Below, one piece after another: positions 55,819-64,000 of a stretch of 64,000 nucleotides of DNA; the stretch's first letter is position 1, and every line of letters begins with the position of its first letter. The position numbers and the translations under genes were made by a program. The notes beneath the pieces were generated by a model. It was not told where the DNA came from and searched no databases. It saw only the letters and a list, made by a program, of their open reading frames with translations. This DNA is from Eledone cirrhosa (Eukaryota): the NCBI GenBank assembly GCA_964016885.1, contig OZ024753.1, positions 19,778,001-19,842,000 on the forward strand. The letters are read 5' to 3'.

Positions 55819-55825
<7 letters not shown>
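55030..55825 (+). mobile_element. 5'-truncated Penelope-like element (family E): GIY-YIG fragment, pLTR and hammerhead (55629-55673)
   Basis: NVVYSIRCTEGQCRDKTIVYIGETAR (VVY...YIG with two Cys); a short inversion 55030-55065 mirrors 55112-55142. Confidence 0.9.
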
Positions 55826-55912
<87 letters not shown>

Positions 55913-56689
55913 GGTGGGATCTAGCTTCGGAAGCAAATTTTTCAAATTTGAATTCTTAAAGTTTTTAAGTATATCATTAATCTTCTTTTATTTTCATGTT
56001 AAAACATTAGTCTATATAAACGTATTGGACTTCGTTTGAATTTTTTGACAATTAGAAGGATCCTCAATGATGGCCTGGGAATGTCTTCCTTCACCCTTCA
56101 GATGTTCATAGTTGAGCAGACACACTTTTTTCATTGGAAAAAAGCACAGCAATCAGTGTTAACCAAACATCTGTATTCCATACAATCAAACCAGTTTCTG
56201 TTAAGGACTGACGTTTCATCATCTTGGAAGTCTCCTCTCATTTTTATGGGAGTAAGGACAAAAGTTAATGCATGCAAGGTTTCGCAACTGTATCGTAACT
56301 GCTTCATAGTCAGTCTAGGAAGTTTTCAGCCCACCCTCATGAGAACTAAGAGAATTGCTAGAGTATCTTCTTAAAATGATAATGGTAAGTATCATTGAAA
56401 TACATGATGTGAATGAAATACATTGCACATCTGATTTTAAAAAGAGATTTCACGCTTAATGCACACTTTATACATGAAGTTACGAATACTTTAAACGAAT
56501 AGCAATATGAAGCTAAACATATAATTAGATTGAATCGTTAAATCAATTCTTACAATTTAGAACAATTGTCCATGAAGCCATAAGTATGGATAAATCAGAT
56601 TGAATCAAACATATTTCTGTGATGTGTATAATTCACTAATAGCTATGTATTGTTTACCTAAGATATCAAACAATGAGATGTTGTTATAG

Positions 56690-56872
56690 GGGATTGGCAG
56701 TATCGGTAGAGAGTCGGACGCCATGCTTTCCAGCATAGTTACGTCCCTTTACGGTCTGAGTTCAAATCCCGCCGAGGTTTACTTTGCCTTTCATCCTTAC
56801 GGGGTCGATAAAATAAATTACCAGTACTGCACCAGGTGATTGCTGGCCTTGTGCCTAAAGTAGAAACAGTTA
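56690..56872 (+). mobile_element. SINE S1
   Basis: S1 consensus match. Confidence 0.9.
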
Positions 56873-56991
56873 TATTAGACATTATTTACCAATTCATTAA
56901 CTTATATTATATTTGCCTAGGAATATTAATAAACATTTAATTAAATGACGTTATCATTTTAATCAAATATTGCAATAGAATATTAACACAA

Positions 56992-57066
<75 letters not shown>

Positions 57067-57283
57067 TATGTATGTATGTATACGTACATACATATATGTA
57101 TACAGACGTATAGTAGTATGTATATATACACATATATTCACACATATATATATGCACGTATCGGTTTACCGAACATTTATTATAATGCTCGGTTTGTTTG
57201 TTTGTAAACTAACAAACAGCCCGAATTACGCCGTACAATGTTTAGGCAACCACGTCACCTTGTTGTTCAACACTGACACAGGA

Positions 57284-57326
57284 ACGATGTACTAGTTTCA
57301 AGCCTATTAGCTATCATCAGCATCGT
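57284..57326 (-). ncRNA. Type I hammerhead ribozyme (family C)
   Basis: Minus strand ACGATG-CTGATGA-T-AGC taatag GCT-T-GAAA-CTAG-TA-CATCGT: 6-bp stem I, palindromic ACTAGT stem III, GUA triplet. Confidence 0.85.
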
Positions 57327-58105
57327 ATACCTTCCTGCCAGATGGTTGAACGTCTGAAATTTCGTTTCATTCTATTATATATATATATATATACATATAC
57401 ATAATAGAAAAACGAGGAAGTTTCATTTACATATGAATAATAATTTTTGAGTATCGACAAAAATATATCTTTTGTCGCATGACTAGTCTGAAGAGCATGT
57501 CAATATGGGTCACGTTGAGCCAATCCTCAATAACAGGTCGATACGCTATAAATATATATATATATATATATATTTAAAAAAAGATAGAGGTGTGACACAC
57601 GAGTTGTGATATATTAGTAAAAAGGAAAAGAAAATCCTTACACATTTTTTCTCAGTGAAAAATAGTTAATTAGGAATAAGTATAAATTAGTAATAAGTGT
57701 TAGTTAGTATTCAGTTTTAGTTTTAAGTTTTTACCGGTTGCGCATTTCTTATGCTTTTCAAAAATAACTTTGAGATAGAGCGCTCGTGAATTTTGCTCCA
57801 ATCTGATCAGTTTTGGAAATTCTTCCTGTTGTATGTGAAAAAAGTGACTTGGGAGGTATTAAGATTTGGTTGGTTGTTGAATGTCACGTGAATAAGCACT
57901 ATAAATTTCGCGACAATTCATGTTGCAAACATTCTTGTAGTCAAAACAATTTTAATGGGTCGATAGAAGTCACGTGAATGTTTAAATTGATTTTAGCGCG
58001 AACTAGTTTCACGCCAAATGTAGGTTTGTCAAAGAGTGACCGTTTCCGCTTGATTGAGTTGCAGTCATGTTGAGAGGTCTACAGTTCAGGTGTCTATTAA
58101 GACAA

Positions 58106-58220
<115 letters not shown>

Positions 58221-58899
58221 TGTCTGTCTGTATGTAGTGGTTAATTGTTGTGATAATGGATGAATCTGTCAGTAGGAATGTGTGTGTACCTGTGTGTGGG
58301 GGTGGGGGGGCGGGGGTATTTTAACATGTTGAAATATATTTTTCACCCTTTGTCTTATACGGAGAAGTGTGTGTGTGTATGTCAGTCTGTATGTTAGTGT
58401 TAGCGTGTGCATGCGTGTGTGTGTTTGTGTGTGTGTGTGATTGGATTGACCAGTATTGTTCTGGTACTGGTAAAAATAGCGTACATTATTCGATATTTTT
58501 TGTCATTTGCAAAAACTATTCTCTCAAAAGAACGTCAATAACATCAATAACAAAAGAGGTGAAATAATTGATAGTATTGTCATAACAACAAGGCGTGTGT
58601 GAGTCCAGAGTGTACGTACTGCAAGGGGAATCAATAAGGCCCTGCCGTATGGGATACTTATGTACAAATATGTATGCACCCATCAATGTGCAACACATGT
58701 GTGCGTATGTGTATGTGCGCGTGTCGGCACGTGTATATCTATAAACATCAAAAGGTATGCAAATGTGTGTATATTTGTGTTGCACCATAGAATATGTGTT
58801 TACGTATGTCATTGTGTTTATATGGGTATAGAAATGTATGTAGGATGTATACTGATGTAGGTATGTATGTCAACGTGTGTATGTTGTGGGTTCGTGTTA

Positions 58900-59525
58900 G
58901 GAAGAAGTGTTTAGATGAGGTCCGTATTTGTTAATAAAGTGAGGTTCCGTTCTGTTGCGCGGGTTGTGGGTGGCATTATCTTTAAATGTTTAAAGGGGAC
59001 TTTCTAAAGTTGAGATGATTTTAGGCGGCACAGGTATCAATGTGTTCACTCATTGCTATTTTTCTGTATTACTGTATTTTTATTAGGGATCTGTTCCCGT
59101 ATTTTTATCTGGCCTATGTATTGTTCTCGACAACCTGAGCAAGTTAATACATATATTAGGTTTTCTGATGCGCTTGTGAAATTGTGTTTTACTAAAAAAA
59201 CGTTGTCCTTGTTTGAAATAGAATTCCGAACCCTCTATTAATTTGATGCATATACCACAGTTGGATCTATCGCATTCTTTTACTGTGGGTTTCGTTGTAG
59301 TGGTTGGCAGTACTTTGGCATGTGTTAGGATGTTTTTCAGAATGAACCAAATCCTTCGAACACACGATATCATAAACAGCAAAAGACAATCTATGTCAAT
59401 GAAAAACATCCTAATACATGCCAAAGTAGTTCCAACCACAACAACGAAACCCACAGTAAAAAATGCGATAGACCCAACTGTGGTATATGCATCAACCTAA
59501 TAGAGGGTTCGGAATTCTATTTGAT
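58900..59525 (-). mobile_element. Second Penelope-like GIY-YIG fragment with 5' fold-back
   Basis: CDRSNCGIC zinc-binding linker; after a frameshift SENLIYVLTCSGCREQYIGQ. 59212-59339 is inverted at 59399-59525. Confidence 0.82.
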
Positions 59526-59574
59526 TTCCCACGAATGATTTCTCACGAATGAACCAGTTCTAGTCCTGTAGAAG

Positions 59575-59656
<82 letters not shown>

Positions 59657-59669
59657 CATATATATATAC

Positions 59670-59978
<309 letters not shown>

Positions 59979-60005
59979 TATATATATATGTGTGTGTGCG
60001 TGTGA

Positions 60006-60211
60006 AGGCGTGTGGCTGAATAGTTAGAGAATTGGATTCACAATCTTTAGGTTGTGTGTTCGATTCTAGGACCGGCGATGCATTATGTCCCTGAGCAAGA
60101 CACTTTATTTCCGGTTGTTCCTTCTACCTGGAGTTGCGACTGATAGATAATACTAACAACTTAAAAGACCAACGGAAACATTGTTTCCTCGGATTTGATT
60201 AAAGTCGATCG

Positions 60212-60213
<2 letters not shown>
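60006..60213 (+). mobile_element. tRNA-derived SINE S2
   Basis: A box TGGCTGAATAGT, B box TGTTCGATTCT, TGTCCCTGAGCAAGACACTTTATTT domain. Confidence 0.8.
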
Positions 60214-60248
<35 letters not shown>

Positions 60249-60347
60249 AAATGAAATTTCATTTCTCACTCTTAGTACGGCTGATACTTAAATATAAGTA
60301 TGTATCTGTACATACATATATGTATACAGGCGTACAGTAGTATGTAT

Positions 60348-60760
60348 ATGGTGGCTGCCAACTCGTTTTCGAGTACGGCCACTACTTTATATCCATGTAG
60401 GAGAACCCCTACCGATGCGCTGAACGAATGTGACATTTTAGTCGAGCCAGCGACTTGAAAACTCTGGTACAAACACTACACTTGTGACAATTATTGACAC
60501 ATAGTGCTGGGCCCATGGTACCATGTGACGACAAGTGCAGAGAGATCTACAGATATAAAGCAATGCCTGTGCCGTGAAGCTTTTATAGTGAGCAAAAGCA
60601 CTGCACAAAGTCAGTCCCACTCTCTTAATAAAGATGATATTTACCAAAAGAAGAACAAGTCAACATCATTGGATACCATCAGGGTTGCAGGTGTTATATC
60701 AGAGTTTTCCTTCTCCTAGAATTCTGCCTTGACAAAGGCTAAGGGGTCATCTCTCCCGGA
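60348..60760 (-). mobile_element. Family B retroposon segment
   Basis: High similarity to 23568-23955 and 61287-61720. Confidence 0.75.
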
Positions 60761-61286
60761 GTATGTATATACATGCATACATGCACACATATATATATGT
60801 ACGTATGGGTTTACCGAACATTTACTATAATGTTCGGTTTGATTGTAAACAAACAAACCGAGCACTATAATAAATGTTCGGTAAACCCATACGTACATAT
60901 ATATATCTATATGTGTGCATGTATGTATATACATACTATTGTACGTCTGTATACATATATGTATGTACGTATACATAATTATATATATATATATACAGAG
61001 AGGGGGGGAATAGAAAAATAGCGAGCGGGAGAGAGGGGTTAGATAGATGGATAAATAGACATATATGCAAACATATTTATACGCTTGTGTACATACATTT
61101 ACATACACAAACTCACACACATGCGCGCGCCCCCGCGCGAGCATTTATATATATATAGAGAGAGAAACTTAGATGGAAGGAGAAAGATAGTTTGATAGAT
61201 AGATAGATGCATGCATATATGCATACATACATACATACATACATACATACATACATACATACATACATACATACATACATACATAC

Positions 61287-61720
61287 ATGGTGGCTGCCAA
61301 CTCGTTTTCGAGTACGGCCACTACTTTATATCCATGTAGGAGGACCCTTACCAGTGCGCTGAACGAGTGTGACTTTTTAGTCCAGCCAGCGACTTGAAAA
61401 CTCTGGTACAAACACTATACCTGTGACAATTATTGACACATAGTGCTGGGCCCATGGTACCATGTGACGACAAGTGCAGAGAGATCTACAGATATAAAGC
61501 AATGCCTGTGCCGTGAAACTTTTATAGTGAGCAAAGGTACTGCACAAAGCCAGTCCCACTCTCTTAACTAAGATGATATTTACCAAAAAGAAGAACAATT
61601 CAACATCATTGGATACCATCAGAGTTGCAGGTGTTATATCAGAGTTTTCCTTCTCCTAGAATTCTGCCTTGACAAAAGCTAAGGAGTCATCTTTCTCGGT
61701 GATTTTGGATGGCCATTGAC
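61287..61720 (-). mobile_element. Family B retroposon segment with (GTAT)n tail on the minus strand
   Basis: Preceded on the plus strand by (CATA)n at 61222-61288. Confidence 0.75.
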
Positions 61721-64000
61721 TCTTAAGAGCTCCTTTGCCCTTTGAAAGGTTTTGTTTTTAGTCCTGCAGGATGTCCAAAGTCACCCTCCTCACCAAGAAA
61801 CCTTGGTGGGGTTGCCAGTTTAATCGCCAAACCCGACCATGAGACAGGTTGTACTGGGATACATGTTACCAGTAGCACCAACTGGTGACATGACATACAT
61901 ACACACATACATAGATTCATACATACATACATACATATTTTTAAATACTCTATAATTCGAATGGAGGGCTCTCTTTATTTTGTTTGACAAAGACTCCAGA
62001 TTTCGATTAAGTTATCGGACATGCAGTGACAAGCCTCACAACCGACAAAGATTCGCATTTCTCTAGAGTTCCTTAAATGAAATCTAAATTGAAAATGAGG
62101 AATTATCAGGAGAGGTGCATTTAATGTGAATAAAAAATATCCATTTATAAGTGCAGTAACTACAATACCCTTAATGAGACAAATGTGAGGGGCTTCCTGA
62201 TAAACTCCGTCTTTGGTATCCCAATAGGCTTCTCTGAAACTCTGCGAGTTATAGATATCTTTAAAGGACAATAAACTGAACATTTATCATACCCCACCAA
62301 TAAGATTAATCTCCCCAGACTTTAACCGATACGGGCCGCATTAAAATGAAACATTCTGAACAAACTATAGCTAGAGTGATATTGCCTAGTCAACCCAATC
62401 TCTGAAATAATAGACCTGTCGAAATAAGATATATCTGTATAGAAATAACGGTAACGTCCTTCTTCTCGTGTGCTAGCGGGGCACACGAGAAGAAGGGCGT
62501 GATTTTTGCCTGCGGCATATCACAAGATGGGATTTTCATCTGAAGATACCGTTCCCATAATAACAAATGCATAATTTACATCATGGATTGCATAACTGAA
62601 TCGTTGAAATAATTATAATGAAGAAGCGATTCATGTAACATTCATTGTTCAATGAAAAAGAGTTACTTGATTTATAATCAGCTGACTTTTATATAAGAGA
62701 TATGAAGTACTCAACGGTATTTATCCGGAGTATTATAATAATAATAAACGAAAGATAGTTACTTTAGATCATCTCTATTTTATTATACATATTTCGAAGA
62801 GGCAAGGCTTATGTATAACATAATGCAAAACATGTACTCGTCAGACAAAATACTTAGTAAATGTAGGTTTCTTTTGATATACTGGCGGTCAAACGAGCTG
62901 GACAGATCGGTGACAACCAAGCATATGATTAGAAAAAAAACCCCAACACAGGTGATGTTACATGAGTGGGAGAAAAATACAGTTGGACTTAACATTTTTG
63001 ACATTTAAAATACGACGTATTTAGATAAATATTGACAATTAGACAGTTTATATGTTAGCTTAAAATAGATACTATACTAAAAGATATATAATTTATACCA
63101 AAGAAAAAATATTCTAGGATGCAAGAATCATATTGAAACTAAATAATAAAGAAGAAAAATAAGAAGTAAATTATCTGTTTATGTGTAATAATTTAAATTG
63201 GTATTATACGAGTGGAAAGATATTTAACAATTCTATGGCTTTTTGTTATATAACTGATATGGTTATAATGCTTTGAGATGAATTATTTAGTTCAAAAGAA
63301 GAGATGCAATTACCGTGGCCTAATTTATCCTTTCAACAATTATATTTAAGTAGGTATGATAGGAATAGAGGAAAATATTAGCTATTGGTGTAACTATGAT
63401 TATAAGAAAATATGTATGTATTATAGCCTAGTTTATCACTATTAAATGTAATGTACTTATATACTAACTAACGATAAGGTAGATGAAAACGTTATAATGA
63501 AAAATATATATATTAGTTTACTTATTTTGTCTATTCTTCTTTATTTTCTATGTAAACAAAATAAAATCGCTTATAAATAATTTTATAAAGAAATATTCCT
63601 TATTTAATTTCTTTTATAAAGCTTAACTAAAAACTCTATGAAAAGTTTTCGAAAACCTTTGAAGTCAAAAGCTAAAGATTTCAAATCGTTTATTAATAAT
63701 TAATTGCCTAATATAAATGATATGTAGAATTTCTGTGGTCCTAGGTCACATCCCTTAGATAGGGAAGCATTTTTATGAAGCAAAGCATTAGAAAGTTTCT
63801 GCCAAGAAAGGGAGTATTCGATATTATTATTTTTAAGTGACCAATTTTAATTCAGAGAAGGTCGTACTAAATCTTTTACCTTCTCTTTTAAACGAGTGGT
63901 GATGGCTGGACCATCTTTCTTTAAATTTGGAAGAGGTGGCACCAATTTAGTTATAGGACTTATCTTTTGTTTTAACAATTCATTTATGAACTAAATTACG

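Noticed and set aside
61975-62572. Minus-strand ORFs of 102 and 60 aa as host exons
   Set aside because: No recognisable domain or splice evidence; lengths are compatible with chance.

Overview
Eukaryotic, AT-rich, gene-poor DNA. The microsatellite load and the SINE/RTE families look like a coleoid cephalopod (octopus-like) genome; this is inferred from repeat resemblance only. No intact host gene is supportable. The window contains: a decayed near-full-length RTE LINE (~4.4-8.8 kb); an L1/Tx1-type 3' fragment with an 18-bp TSD; several Tc1/mariner relics and MITEs; a non-autonomous Helitron; more than 15 tRNA-derived SINE copies; a U6 snRNA retro-pseudogene abutting a SINE; and a ~10-kb 41/44-bp satellite that carries co-amplified SINE fragments. 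The most striking signal is a dense set of Penelope-like (PLE) relics from several unrelated families. They sit in (TA)n tracts, are mostly arranged as fold-back palindromes, and carry minimal type-I hammerhead ribozymes. Some have canonical cores (1911-1981, 34751-34795, 35291-35335, 54760-54820, 57284-57326); others show recurrent core variants. In one family the copy boundaries coincide with the predicted self-cleavage site. All structures were read by eye and are untested computationally.
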